NCBI GenBank assembly: GCA_951406725.2
Contig: OX597815.1
Coordinates: 117,924,001-117,988,000, forward strand
Reading direction: 5' to 3'
From: Octopus vulgaris
Lineage: Eukaryota
DNA length: 64,000 bases
Shown: positions 42,180 to 56,854 of the stretch, in pieces
How the letters are laid out: each line of letters starts with the position of its first letter
Position numbering within the stretch: the stretch's first letter is position 1
The notes under the pieces: generated by a model
Seen by the model: only the letters and a program-made list of their open reading frames with translations
Database searches by the model: none
Told to the model about the DNA's origin: nothing
Made by a program: the position numbers and the translations under genes

Positions 42180-42550
42180 TGTTAAGGTTGTCGATTCGTG
42201 CATCTGCTTTGGAAGTGCTGTACAGAATGATGGAAATCTTGATACAGAACTACACCTGCGAATTCAAAGTGCAGCAAAAGCATTTGGTGGCTTGGAGTCA
42301 CACGTTTGGTGCCAGCGACATATAAATAAGAATATAAAGCTGGCTCTTTACAAATCATTTGTCTTACCATCTCTGCTGTATTCTTGTGAAAGATGGACTT
42401 CTTATGAAAGGCATTTTAATTTGTTAGAACAATTCCACCAAAAATGCCTTCATCGCATTTTAAACAATAAATGGAGTTATTTTACTCCAAATACAGCTGT
42501 CCTTGCATCTGCTGGCATCACCTCAGTTAAAGCTATGATTTTGAAATTCC
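42180..42550 (+). pseudogene. RTE-clade LINE fragment
   Basis: [36 protein letters not shown]...[21 protein letters not shown]...[12 protein letters not shown]. Confidence 0.85.
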
Positions 42551-42821
42551 TTCGCATTCCCTAATCCAGTTCCTGCCATGGGGTGTGCATGGGGGTTGAC
42601 TTTGCCTTTATGAATATTCTCTCGCTCTCTCTTCTATGAGATGGGGCCGGGTAGCTGGGATTTTGGGGTGAGCAGTGGTAGTGTCGCTAAATCAAGTAAC
42701 AGTAATTTAGTTGGGTGGAAAATTTATTCAATCAACTACCTGCATCTCCGATTCTTGCTTTCCTTTCTTGCCCGTCCACTTCTCCCTTCTCTCCCTTACC
42801 TGTTAGAATGTTATTATTAAA

Positions 42822-43025
42822 GGTGGCAAGCTGGCAGAATCATTACTACTTTAGGCAAAATGCTTAGCAGCACTTCTTCCAGGTTTTATGTTCTTAATTC
42901 AAATTTCCAACGAGGTCAGCTTTGCCTTTCGTCCTTTCCGGGTCAATAAAGCAAAGTAGGTGTCAGATACTGGGGTCAGTTGAATATCCAAAAATTTCAC
43001 GCCTTGTGCCTATACTAGAAAGGAT
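42822..43025 (+). mobile_element. SINE family B copy (diverged)
   Basis: GGTGGCAAGCTGGCAGAATC...GCCTTTCGTCCTTTCCGGGTCAATAA. Confidence 0.65.
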
Positions 43026-43355
43026 TTGGAATTCTGCACTCTCATCACAGCGGGTTATTTGCAGCTCTTGGTGGTCCAAATCAGATGTGCAATCTATCTG
43101 GATGTCTTTTCAGAACAAATGTCTGGTTTAAAAAGCCACATCAGATGCCATGATGGTTCTAAGGTGTAGGTACAGGAGGTCATACTCTGCATAAGGAATA
43201 GACAACCACCATGTATGTATGTATGTATGTATGTATGTATGTATGTATGTATGTATGTATGTATGTATGTATGCATGTATGTATGCATGTATGTATGTAC
43301 GTATGTATGTATGTATGTATGTATATATATATATATATATACATATATATGTGTG

Positions 43356-43401
<46 letters not shown>

Positions 43402-43422
43402 CGTATTTGTATGTGTATGTAT

Positions 43423-43456
<34 letters not shown>

Positions 43457-44181
43457 GCACACACATGCATATAAACTAATAAATACATATACATACACAG
43501 ATATATAAGAAAAACGATTCACATACACACATGCCTATATATAGTCATACTCACACAAATCTATATATATACATGCATACATACATACATACATTCATTC
43601 ATACATACATACATACATACATACATACATACATACATGCATACATACATGCATACATACATACATACATACATACATACATACATACATACATACATAC
43701 ATACATACATACATACATACATACATACATACATACATACGAGTAAGTACACATACATGTATAATAGATGTGTGTGTAATTCATAAAATTTAGTACACTC
43801 CTATAACGACCTCTTAATCGTACAGTGAAGAGCTTTCTTAACAAAATACAAAATGCTGCTCCTGTTTCCTGTTGTAGAAATAGCAATCATTCACAAGTGA
43901 ATACAGTCAGAGAACTGTTGGGTCATTATCTTTCACTTGTTAAGCATAAAAGCCTAAGTATGGTCATATCAAGAACTGTTAGTTGCTTGTGGGAGTGTAG
44001 GTGTAAATATCGCCATGTATGTGTTTGTACGGCGTGTGTATGTGTGCGTGCGCATGTATGTATATAATGTATATGATGTATAAGTTTGCGTGTGTGTGTG
44101 TATGCATATTTATATATGAATGTATCACACACACACACATATGTATAGATACACATATACACATACCTATAAATATATGTC

Positions 44182-44228
<47 letters not shown>

Positions 44229-44253
44229 ATAATTACATACACATGTATACATA

Positions 44254-44304
<51 letters not shown>

Positions 44305-44381
44305 AGAGAGAGAGAGAGATAGAGAGATTGATTGACAAACAGATAGATGGGTAGATAGATACAAAGACATATATACATACT

Positions 44382-44441
<60 letters not shown>

Positions 44442-44610
44442 GCACATATACATACACATTCACACATACGCATGCATACACAAACGCACATGCGCACCTG
44501 CCGTTATTTATACAGACATAGCCATGTAGGTGCATTCAAATGAACCTGTGAATGCGAGTGCGAGCGTGCATGAGTGTTTCAGTGTGTGTATGATTGGGGG
44601 TGTATATGTA

Positions 44611-44645
<35 letters not shown>

Positions 44646-45203
44646 TTGGGCGTGTATATGTACGTGTGTGTGTGAGCGCGCACTTGTTTGCGCAAATTTA
44701 AACGTTTTCCTTACATGGAACATATAATGAATGGTAGCTTTATTTTGACTGTTGAACCTATTGATTCTTTAATTGTCAGTTCTATCCCACTCCCTTCCTG
44801 AAATGGCGGCTCACAGCCATACAAACTCAGTTCATCAAACACGTCTCTGTTTATGAACCTATTTATAGTAATCTTGTATATTATGTTAGGGACGGCGAGT
44901 TATTGTAGGAATATATTTGTACTGCTGGCTGTCTTTGTTTAATCATATTATATATATGTACTGAGCACGTGAACGTGCGCGCGTGTGTGCGTGTGCGTGT
45001 TTGTGAGTGTGTGTGTGTGTGTGTGTAAGAGGGAGGGAAGGTCGTATAAATGGGTCAATTTATGCGAGATAAGCATGGATTATATATTATAGTATAGAGG
45101 CTTCTGACCGCGGTTTCGATCGTTCGGTCCTTTGGTTAACCAAATAAATATCAAGGAAAAGTAAATTCGTCCCTAACGAAATCGCAGCCGAGGAACACAG
45201 ATG

Positions 45204-45271
<68 letters not shown>

Positions 45272-45336
45272 CCACGCAGAGGCACGCACCCACACACACG
45301 CACATGCACAAATACGCACACAATAACAATAATAAT

Positions 45337-45549
45337 GGCTTCAAATTTTGCCACGTGGGCCGCCATTTTTTGGAGAACGGGATGTGTCGATTACAACGAT
45401 CCCAGTGTTTAACTGGTACTTAATGTATCGACCCCGAAAGGATGAAAGGCAAAGTCGACCTCGGCGGAATTTGAACTCGGAAGTAGCTGCAGACGAATTA
45501 CCGCTAAGCATTTCGCCCAGCGTGCTAACAATTCTGCCAGCTTGCCACC

Positions 45550-45551
<2 letters not shown>
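45337..45551 (-). mobile_element. SINE family B copy
   Basis: Reverse homology to 9388. Confidence 0.8.
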
Positions 45552-45610
<59 letters not shown>

Positions 45611-45632
45611 TAATAATAATAATGATAATAAT

Positions 45633-46326
<694 letters not shown>

Positions 46327-46580
46327 TAACAGCAACAACATATATATATATTACACATGCACCTACAAATATATATACACACATATATATATACTTATTT
46401 GTGTAAATATATATGTATGCATAGATATGTCTGTGTATACGTATGCACAAATTTATGAAAAGTGTTTACAAATTTCCACCCAAAAGTTGTAAAATAAAGG
46501 CAAAAATATCATCATCACCATCATCATCATGATCCTCATCATCATAATCCTCCTCCTCCTCCTCCTCCTCCTCCTCCTCC

Positions 46581-46611
<31 letters not shown>

Positions 46612-46699
46612 TATCATCATCAAGTCAGCTACGCATAGATTATATGCACGCAAACATATGCATACAGACTCTTGTACGCACAAGCTACGTATACAGTTT

Positions 46700-46777
<78 letters not shown>

Positions 46778-47817
46778 GTCTGTCTGTCTGTCTGTCTTTC
46801 TGTCTGTCTGTCTTTCTATTTACCTATCCATCAATACCTCTATCTATCGATCTATCTATCTGCCCGTCTGTCTGTGTGTTTTGCCTCGATATCTACACAA
46901 ATATACGCGCTCGCTCGATGTGCATTCCAGAAGTTTTGAAGATTTTTTAGGGTGAGTAGTTATATCTATCGTAGGTTATTTTAATGTTAGTATATCATTA
47001 CTGCACATGTAATAAGCTGACCTGCCGCAGCATATTGGATCCAACTATTGTTTCAGCTTGTTGATCAGCTTGGTGTACTTGAGTCGTCTTTCCTACATCA
47101 CCTTGGACGGAAATTTTCCCTTCCTCATCTTTTCTGAAAAGTAGCCAGTATCTTCATGCATTATCAGCCTGATGAGCTTTTCATTTACACCTTTCCCTTC
47201 TGTACAGACACGCATCGACTTGCTGGAACCCTTGTTGATGATCTATGGGATTTCAGCGTCAAATTCTGTCGCCTCGTAGTTGAATTCTGATATTTTCAGC
47301 ACTTTCCTGACCTTTTCCACCATCTTTCTGCTGGCAATGAAGAAGTTTGAAATCTCCTTGTTATTGCTTCATGTGCAAATTCCAAACTGCCGATATTTGC
47401 ACGCTAGCACAGGGCTCTTCTTGCACCTACAAATGCAGCTGTCACCACACTTAACTACGACTTAGTAAGCTATCTTCTGAAGAATGTTGTTACAGATCAG
47501 TTGACACCTCGATCATGTTACACACTTTCCAACAGAATTTCTCAGCTCCCTACATCCTCCAAGAATCCCTCCCTATGAACTTCACTTAAAAGTTTCTTGC
47601 CCTATTTCTTTCGTTGCTTGCAAAAATAGCCCTTATTCCATCTCCTCGTACTTCATATTATTGTTGTTTATGTTTTGCGACGTCCTGTGCCCACATATGC
47701 ATATGTATATACGTATGTATATATGCCAATATATATTATTTATATTATTATATGATTGAACGCCACGCATCCTTTTCCAAGTAAGTTTTACCTATTTGTC
47801 TATCTATATCTATATCT

Positions 47818-48260
47818 ATCTTTATTTCGTTTATGAATTTGTTTAAAGATTCCAGATGTAAAATCGTATATTGATACAGATATTGTCATATTTCGGGACG
47901 GTCATTTGTTTTCTTGCCAAATAAACACACACACTATATATTCTTTCTTCTCTCGTTTATTATTGTTATCATTTTATCTTATGTCCATTGTCTGGATATC
48001 TTTCCTCACACATATGTGACCACTTCAGCGACACTTCTATCCCACGTGTATCCTCCTGCTCTGTTTAGTCCATTCTCTTAACAGAACAGGAGGATACGCG
48101 TGCGATGGAAGAGTCGCTGAAGAGGTCACATGTGTGTGATTAAAGATTTCCAGACAATGGACATAAGATAAAATGATAACAATAATAAAAAAGTGAAGAA
48201 CGAATATACAGTGTGTGTGTGTGTTTACTTGGCAAGAAAAAAAATGACCATCTCGAAATA

Positions 48261-48306
<46 letters not shown>

Positions 48307-48350
48307 TATTTCGAGTTGGTCATTTTTTTCTTGCCAAATAAACACACACA

Positions 48351-48403
<53 letters not shown>

Positions 48404-48843
48404 TATTTCGAGATGGTCATTTTTTTCTTGCCAAATAAACACACACACACTGTATATTCGTTCTTCACTTGTTTATTATTGTTATCATTTTATCTTATGT
48501 CCATTGTCTGGAAATCTTTCATCACACACCTGTGACCTCTTCAGCGACTCTTCCATCGCACGCGTATCCTCCTGTTCTGTTAAGAGAATGGACTAAACAG
48601 AGCAGGAGGATACACGTGGGATAGGAGTGTCGCTGAAGTGGTCACATATGTGTGAGGAAAGATATCCTGACAATGGACATAAGATAAAATGATAACGATA
48701 ATAAACGAGTGAAGAAAGAATATACAGTGTGTGTGTTTATTTGGCAAGAAAACAAATGACCGTCCCAAAATATGACAATATCTGTTTCAATATACGATTT
48801 GACATCTGGAATCTTTAAACAAATTCATAAACGAAATAAAGAT
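47818..48843. repeat. Nested double palindrome centred on (TA)n with four hammerhead-like copies
   Basis: 47818-48264 is closely mirrored by 48400-48843. Each half is itself a foldback (loop 48066-48079 in the left half). Motif GTCG-CTGAAGA-GGTCACAGGTGTGTGAT-GAAA-GATT-TC-CAGAC (minus, 48548-48506). Confidence 0.93.
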
Positions 48844-48849
48844 TTTTTA

Positions 48850-48990
48850 ACAACATCGAATGGCTGTGAGAGTCCAGTCGAATAAAATAGGAATCAAAAA
48901 AGTCCAGAGGTGAAATTCGTTGGGAACTACTGGTTCGGACGATGCATGTTAATAGTACGCGATTCACCAGTGGAGAGAAAGAAAAAAAAA
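48850..48990 (+). repeat. ~140-bp unclassified repeat, second copy at 51541-51680
   Basis: TCGAATGGCTGTGA...GGAATCAAA.AAGTCCAG...ACGCGATTCACCAGTGGA plus an A-run in both copies. Confidence 0.75.
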
Positions 48991-50641
48991 ACAAATTCAT
49001 GAACGAAAATGAATTTGTATTTGTGTGTTTATGAAAATGTAGTTTACATAAATATAAGTCCAAGTATACGTGAACACGTGTATATATGTGTATATTTGCG
49101 TTTGTATTGTAAATATATTTATACTCACTATTCTGTCTATAATATAATACCTCGTGCATGACTCTTGCCTCTACGTGCTTACTTTTAAGTATAGGTGTAC
49201 ATGGGTGTGTTTGAGTATGTATTATAATATGTATATTTATGTGTGAATTTGTATTCGTGTACAGGTATGTTTATGTGGATGTTACTATAAGAACGTGTAC
49301 ACACATACAGGCCGAAATTAACTTTCTTAACCACGCATGCTCTTTCAATTATATCACACTTGCACCTCGAGGCATGGCATTATAATAAGTAACGGAAAAT
49401 AAATATTTCTTTACAACTTCGACCACTGTTCTTTCATCTTACGAATATTATTGCCGTTACAACATTTACAGTTTCGAGGCTAAAGAGGCGGTTAGAGTCT
49501 GGATTTACATATGTATTTTTTACGAGTTTATATGTCTATGTTCTATGTACGTTTGCATTTTGAATGTATGTATAATCATCTATTTGTATACTTGCATTTA
49601 TATACACGTATGTGTGTGTCTGTGAATGTGTGCGAATGTGTGTGTGTGTGTGAGTGCTTGTGTATGGTTGCATATGTGCATAAGATGTATATACAAGTAC
49701 ATGAATGTGTGTATGCATAGAATTAGGCATAAATGTATGTCTTTATCGAATGTGTGTATTTATACATGTAGATGTATATAGTCACAGTGTGGTTGGGTGT
49801 TTAAGAAGTTTGTTTTCTGGATTCAATCCCACAATGTGGTTTCTCAGGTGGATGTCATTTTATATAATTTCTAGTTGTCCCAAAATCTTGTAAGTGAAAT
49901 TGGAAACTCGGAAATTGTGCAGAAGCCTGTCATGTGGATTGTACATGTAATTCATAAGGTACAACTTTGGCATACACTGTTGTCACGCTGCTTCTGTGTC
50001 TGCCAAATGCTGAGCCACTTACACATTAATTCAGGAGCAGGTAATTCAGTTGCTCGTTGAAACTGACGGAGAACCATCCATTCACATGTGCGTCAGTGTG
50101 TGTGTGTGTGTGTTTCTTCAGTTATGCTTTATACTTTTGAATTCTTCCTAGAAAGAGAAGTTTGTTTTTTCACATAGACGCAAACGCTCCGTCCTTGGAA
50201 TTTAAACACACCAAAAAAGAAAAAAACATCAAAGGTGCCATGGGTTCATAAAGCCGGTTTCTCGGATTTTGCAGTGTACATTTCCCCGCTCCCCTGGAGG
50301 GAACCTGGTCCGTCGCAGGATTACTCATTTTTGCCACCTGAGTGGACTGGAGAAATATAAAATGAAGTATCCACAATCTTACGAGAATTTGAACAGGACA
50401 ACGAAAATTGTTGTACATTGACTTTTAGGAAAGTTTCGAGTATTTTTATTGTTCCACTTACAGATTGTACTTGCAAAGTGCATGATAGCTCTGATCTCTT
50501 TGTCTCAAAATCTTAGCTTTTCTCCGTTGTCGATTAAACCACGTGCACAAATGGTTATTGCTATAAATATGAATTTATAATCGGGGTAGAGGAGCTGAGA
50601 GTTACATGTAGATGTAGACACATATAGACAGTTGTCTATAG

Positions 50642-50719
<78 letters not shown>

Positions 50720-51067
50720 ATTCATGTATATATATTTGTGTTTACCTTTCTGTGTGTATGCGTATGTGATTTCCGAGTCAGAGAATGAAAATATTTTCCC
50801 TTTTGAGGGAAACGATTCAAAGTGTAATACCGTAAATCTTCACTCTCAATACGTTTAGCCAGATTTTAGTTCGAATATCTGATTACATTTGTTTCGTCAT
50901 CGCAACAAAATCCCCCTACTTTAGACTATTGGTTCTCCAGAGTGGTCTACACAACCCTTGGGTGTCCATTTAAGATTTCGTTGTTAAAATTTATGTGCAA
51001 TAAACTGGTTATATTTCTACAATACGCAAAATATTTTTGTATAATTTTTATACAATTCCTAATCATA

Positions 51068-51465
51068 TCTCTATATATATAAAGCTGAAGTTGTCTGTGT
51101 ATGGCATGTTTGGTAGCCTTCAACTAACACTATCTCCTCCGAGACCCTGCGGCGCAAGTTGACCAAAATTGAGAGTATGATAGAAGAAAGCTTGCTCTTC
51201 CTTCCGTAGAAGAAAAAAATCAAGTCGGACCATGTTAACACAAAATATTATTTACATCAAAAAGGTGCTTTTTTCTATGAAAATCCCTATTTTTTACGAT
51301 TTTTTTACTACTGTGTCGCCATTTTTCGGTGTATTTCAACCAGAAAAATGTTCACTTAAAAGAGAATAACAAGCTACATGATGCAAAATCTTTACTTTTC
51401 AAAAATTCCAATTCTAAAGGGTCGAAAAGAAAACAAGCCCGAGCAACGCTGGGCTATTCTGCTAG
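51068..51465 (+). mobile_element. Complete non-autonomous Helitron (~398 bp)
   Basis: A|TC 5' end (TCTCTATATATATAAAG), subterminal hairpin GCCCGAGC-AAC-GCTGGGC, CTAG|T 3' end, no TSD. Confidence 0.88.
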
Positions 51466-52159
51466 TTTAATTATAAAAATATAATAGTATATTTATAATA
51501 GTATAAAAATATAATAGTATAATAGTATATAATAGTATATTAAACGTCGAATGGCTGTGAAGGTCCAGCCGAATATAACAGGAATCAAAGAAGTCCAGTG
51601 GTAAAAATTGTTAGGATCCATTGCTTAGGACGATGTATGTTAGTAGCACGCGATTCACCAGTGGAAAGGAAAAAAAAAAACTTTTAAATTTTCATTTTTT
51701 TTTTTGTTGTTTTAAATTTTGTCAGCCAATCAGAATTTTCGTTTTGGAATATACAACCAGCTGTAGAATTTTAATTTTTGACACTTTTCCCACTTTAAAA
51801 AAAAAAAATTTCTGAACGATATGCTTAATACATAAGAGATTACAAACCTGCAGCAAAAAAATTCTGTTGAGGAGTAGGCTAAGAATTTAGGGTTCGAGGT
51901 TAGAATTACACGGAGATGGGGAATAATTAAAAACAAATTGTACCTGTGATTTTTACGTATTTGCTCAGAAACTTAGTCTCCAATGTTTAAAACGCAGAAA
52001 TCCAAAGATGCTTATTGCATCTTTGTTAACCTTTGTTACCCATATATTGTGTGTACATACATAAGTTAGCCATATATCGTGTGTCCATACATACATACAT
52101 ACATACATACATACATACATACATACATACATACATACATACATACATACATTGTTTTT

Positions 52160-52479
52160 GTGTTGTTGTTTGTCCGTCGATGCAACGAAGACCATCTAGT
52201 CATCCCGGGATGGGATGGGCTTGTTTTGTGAGTCCGCAGATGGCTAGTGAGGCCAATCTGCGCCCGAAAGAGTCTTTGACAGTGTAGACAGGGAACGGTA
52301 GCGCCTGCTACAGGGCTGTTAGCTCTGTTCTTCCTGGCTTATCTGCGGTCTTCTGTAGCAGCGATCCTATTGGCCTCGCATGTGTTGGCACCCTTGTGGA
52401 CGGCTGATCGCCACCCTTCTCTGTCTAGAGCAGACTGCTCGCAAGAGTCATGGTCGATGTTGAAGGCTTTCAGTGAGGC

Positions 52480-52480
<1 letters not shown>
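52160..52480 (-). pseudogene. RTE-clade LINE 3' end
   Basis: Minus strand ASLKAFNIDHDSCEQSALDREGWRSAVHKG...PCLHCQRLFRAQIGLTSHLRTH (C2H2), followed by an (AAC) tail. Confidence 0.85.
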
Positions 52481-52510
<30 letters not shown>

Positions 52511-53546
52511 CATACATACATACAAATGGCGGTGCCCTAGCATGGCCACAGCTCAAGAGCTGAAAATGGAAAACATAAACATAAACATAAACATACATAC
52601 ATACATACATACATACATACATACAAAAATACATGCATGCATGTATACATACATATATGTGTGTGTGTTTGTATTTATGTATGTATTGTAAATCGATATA
52701 CATTTCATATACATTGTGTGTATATGAAAAATATATTGACTGGATTCTCACAGCTGGGATGTTATTATGTAATATCCTTTAAAAGTTGGTTATTGAAACG
52801 TAACTAACATTTTTAATGAAAAGAAAAATATGCAGAATTATGATGATTCTCATTTTATTTGATGGTTACCAACTTTATAGTTTATTCCCAGGACAACGCT
52901 GCCGGACATTCTTCGTGAGTGTGTGTGTGCGTGTGTGTGTGTACTCTGTGTGTATATTCATCTTGTATGTGCGTGAGTCTACATGCATATACACATGCGT
53001 GTGTATATACATATGCATATACACACGCGCACGCACACATGCAGACACACACTCACTCACACACACACACATACATTCATACATGCGCACGCACTCACTC
53101 ACATATCCATCCAGCTATCTATTCTCCCCTCTCTCTCTCTATCTCTCTCTACACACACAAACACACACACACACACACGCACACGCATATATATTTCTGT
53201 ACAAGAGCGTAGGCTCAAAACGTAAAAGACTTTTTCTATTCCTGAGCGTTATATTAATACATCTGTTTGTTTTGTACACCACCTGTCTTCGTCTTTTGTT
53301 TTTTTCGTAAACTCTTCCTATATATATATATAATATTTTAATATATATTATATATATTATATATATATATATCTTGGTATATATGATATACATGATATAT
53401 ATATATGTCCAATTTTCGGCATATTTGGCATTAGAATTTTTTTGTTTGCCCTTATTTATGAGTTGTTTATAATTTAACCTTTAAAGGTATTTTTTAATAT
53501 GCTGGCCATTGATACAATTTTTTTTCGAAAAAATTTTAACCTACAT

Positions 53547-53581
<35 letters not shown>

Positions 53582-53809
53582 GCATATATGATATATATAT
53601 GTATATGTATATATGATATATATATATATATGTCTACATGTATATTTGATATATATACATATATACATACACTTACCCACAGATATGATGATGTATATAT
53701 ATATATATATATATTTCAACAATTGAGGGTAAAATTAATTAATTATTAATCAATTTCACCAAGTGTTCAGTATGCAAAGAGACCATTTAAGGCGAATTCA
53801 AATTATTAC

Positions 53810-54296
53810 ATTATATAAAAGGGCTTAGTAAAATAAATTACTTCGCCGCATACTGAACTCATTAGAAATAGCAGCTAAAAAACTTTTTTAAAGCTATTTC
53901 TAATACTTAAAGAAAATCTCTCTCATATATAGCGTTTGCCTAATTCAACTCACAAAAGTTTGGGGTAAGGACATCAAAAAATCAAATGCTAAGGTTATTT
54001 GAGTACGTACGTTTCAAGATTAGTCAAAACAACACTTCTATCTTCAGCTCCAAGGAATTTCTGAGCTGAAGATAGAAGTGTTGTTTTGACTAATCTTGAA
54101 ACGTACGTACTCAAATAACCTTAGCATTTGATTTTTTGATGTCCTTACCCCCAAACTTTTGTGAGTTGAATTAGGCAAACGCTATATATGAGAGAGATTT
54201 TCTTTAAGTATTAGAAATAGCTTTAAAAAAGTTTTTTAGCTACTATTTCTAATGAGTTCAGTATGCGGCGAAGTAATTTATTTTACTAAGCCCTTT

Positions 54297-54304
<8 letters not shown>
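53810..54304. repeat. Near-perfect ~241-bp-arm palindrome with 12-nt loop, within (TA)n-rich flanks
   Basis: 53810-54050 versus 54063-54304: one substitution and one 1-nt indel seen. Confidence 0.95.
54052..54122 (+). ncRNA. Minimal type-I hammerhead ribozyme (dimer-type, palindromic stem III)
   Basis: TGAG-CTGAAGA-[TAGAAGTGTTGTTTTGACTAATCTT]-GAAA-CGTACG-TA-CTCA. Intact core, ACGTACGT palindrome, stem I extendable (AAGG/CCTT); predicted cut after A54109. The first pair of stem II is a non-canonical U-U. Confidence 0.7.
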
Positions 54305-54345
<41 letters not shown>

Positions 54346-55190
54346 TCATCACATCTGTGGGTAAGTGCATGTATGTGTGTGTACATATGGGAGCGAGTAT
54401 TTTGTGTGAATATGTGTTTGATGTGAGTGATCGTATTTATCTCTAGCGGGTTTTTTAATGAAAATAGTGGGGAAAGCACTCTTCACATCTCAAGTAGTAT
54501 GTGTGTTCTTCTTCTTCGTGAGGAAGACAAGATTTATTTTGTGATTCATGTTTTGCTTCAATGCAGAAATAAAACTAACAATATAGAAATTGTCGCATCA
54601 TCTCAAGTGCAAAACTGTCTTAAAACATCACACTTTTAACTTAATGACTTGTTTATTGCTTCAGTGTTTTTTCCCTCAAATAGATAGCCATCGGAAGACG
54701 AACATTAGAGCATCTACTGTGTGTAATAAATCGTAATAGAAAAATAATTTTTATCACCCACCCACGCTAAAGTTTCAAGAACGTAAAGGAAGGAGGAATT
54801 TGGGGAGTGGATAAAAATGATAATGCACTTAATTGAAGTTACACATGCGATATGTTGTTCTGTTCCTCTGCCTTTCTTGAATTTTCAATGTTGAGAAAAA
54901 AAAAGAATTCATTTTATAAGCATCTTTATAAGCGCAAGCATGCCCATGTCGTCAAGAAGCTCGCTTTGCAACCATGTTTCTTTCCATTTCAGTCCCAATG
55001 GGTGACATTGGGAATGTCTTCTACTATAGACCCGGGCCGACCAATGCTATGTGAGTAAATGAATTTGGTAGACGGAAACTGTGCGGAAGCCCATCATATA
55101 TCTATATCTATATATATCTATATCTATATATATATCTATATCTATATATATCTATATCTATATATATCTATATCTATATATATCTATATC

Positions 55191-55270
<80 letters not shown>

Positions 55271-55277
<7 letters not shown>

Positions 55278-56854
55278 CCTGAAGGTGTGTCGACACCAAC
55301 TTGCATCTCCCCTTGCTAATCTGTGGAGAAACTCACTGGATGCTGGCTATATTCCAAAAAACCTTCTGTCCCAGTTTTCAAAAAGGGAAACAAGTCCCTT
55401 GCAGTGAATTACCGTCCGATCTCACTCACCTCTCATATCATCAAGGTATTTGAGAGGGTGGTGAGATCTCGAATAACCCAATTTCTGGAAAGCAACAGAC
55501 GGCTGATCTCCAACCAACATGGGTTCCGTAATGGAAGGGACTGCCTAACGCAGCTCCTGCATCACTTTGAGGACATTTTGAGAGCTTTGGGAGAGGGCTC
55601 CAACACCGATGTCATCTACCTTGATTTCAGTAAGGCCTTCGACAGGGTCGATCACAAGATCCTATTGAAAAAACTATCCAACATTGGTGTCTCTGGAAAG
55701 TTACTGAAATGGATCAAGTGTTTCCTGACAGACAGATCTCAACATGTTGTAGTTGAAGGGGTAAAATCAAGCCCAGCCAAAGTCAGTAGTGGCGTTCCGC
55801 AAGGCACTGTGCTGGGCCCACTTCTTTTCATCATTTACATTAATGACATTAATGACATCATCAAGCACAGCAACATAAAAATCTTTGCAGATGACTCCAA
55901 GCTACAGAAGGTCATAAATGAGGCGAGTGACCGGACATGCCTTCAGTCAGATCTACTGGCTGTTATCCAATGGGCAGAAAAAAACAATATGCTGCTGAAC
56001 GAGGATAAATTTGAGCTAATCCACTTTGGAAAAGAGGATGCCTTGAAACTCCCATACTCCCTTCCTTCAGGTGAAACTCTCGCGGCGTCCAACAACATCA
56101 GAGACCTGGGAGTAATTGTGGACAACAACATAAGCTGGGCCACTCATATAAACACCAAAGTTGACATGGCCCGCAGAATGTGTTCCTGGATTCTCATAAC
56201 TTTCCAGTCGAGAGATATCCACACCATTATCCTTCTCTTCTCCACTTTTGCCCGACCCCACCTTGAATACTGTTGTCCACTGTGGTCTCCCCACACAATA
56301 CAAGGTATCATAAAAGTTGAAGCACCTCAAAGGGCAATCACAAAAAAGATAGATGGCATGACAGGCCTCGACTATTGGGGTCGACTAGAAAAGCTAAAAC
56401 TCTATTCTCTCCAACGTCGTCGTGAGCGCTACATCATCTGCATGATGTGGAAAATATTCCATCAGCATTGCCCAAATGATGTTGGCATCACCTTTAAGGT
56501 ACATCCAAGGCTTGGGCCCCGTGCCATCCGCCCAAAACAAAAATCGCACTCTCATCTCATAACAACAATACGGCACAATTATTTCACCTCAATTGGCCCC
56601 GCTCTCTTTAACATTACACCAAAACACATTAAAACAGAAACTGACCCTATAGGGTTCAAGAAGTCTTTGGACAGATTCCTTCAAGAAATCCCGGATAAAC
56701 CCCCTACACCCGGATATGTCTCTGTAAACAATAACTCTCTACTTGAGTGGGCCATAGTGCCCAAATTCTGACTTGAAAGACTTCACCAGGTGGTGCTATT
56801 AAGTTAGACATGGCCTGGGCCAATAATGGCCGAAACCTATCAAAGTATCAAAGT
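55271..56854 (+). mobile_element. 5'-truncated young CR1/L2-group LINE
   Basis: RT ORF, short 3' UTR and (TATCAAAG)2 tail, inserted in (TA)n. Confidence 0.9.
55323..56771 (+). CDS. LINE ORF2 reverse transcriptase domain (uninterrupted 482-codon frame, no endonuclease)
   Basis: [55 protein letters not shown]. Confidence 0.88.
   Translation: MEKLTGCWLYSKKPSVPVFKKGNKSLAVNYRPISLTSHIIKVFERVVRSRITQFLESNRRLISNQHGFRNGRDCLTQLLHHFEDILRALGEGSNTDVIYLDFSKAFDRVDHKILLKKLSNIGVSGKLLKWIKCFLTDRSQHVVVEGVKSSPAKVSSGVPQGTVLGPLLFIIYINDINDIIKHSNIKIFADDSKLQKVINEASDRTCLQSDLLAVIQWAEKNNMLLNEDKFELIHFGKEDALKLPYSLPSGETLAASNNIRDLGVIVDNNISWATHINTKVDMARRMCSWILITFQSRDIHTIILLFSTFARPHLEYCCPLWSPHTIQGIIKVEAPQRAITKKIDGMTGLDYWGRLEKLKLYSLQRRRERYIICMMWKIFHQHCPNDVGITFKVHPRLGPRAIRPKQKSHSHLITTIRHNYFTSIGPALFNITPKHIKTETDPIGFKKSLDRFLQEIPDKPPTPGYVSVNNNSLLEWAIVPKF

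Noticed and set aside
56812-56836. GGCC-AATAAT-GGCC-GAAA in the LINE 3' UTR resembling hammerhead stem II
   Set aside because: No CUGANGA upstream; more likely the LINE 3' recognition stem-loop.
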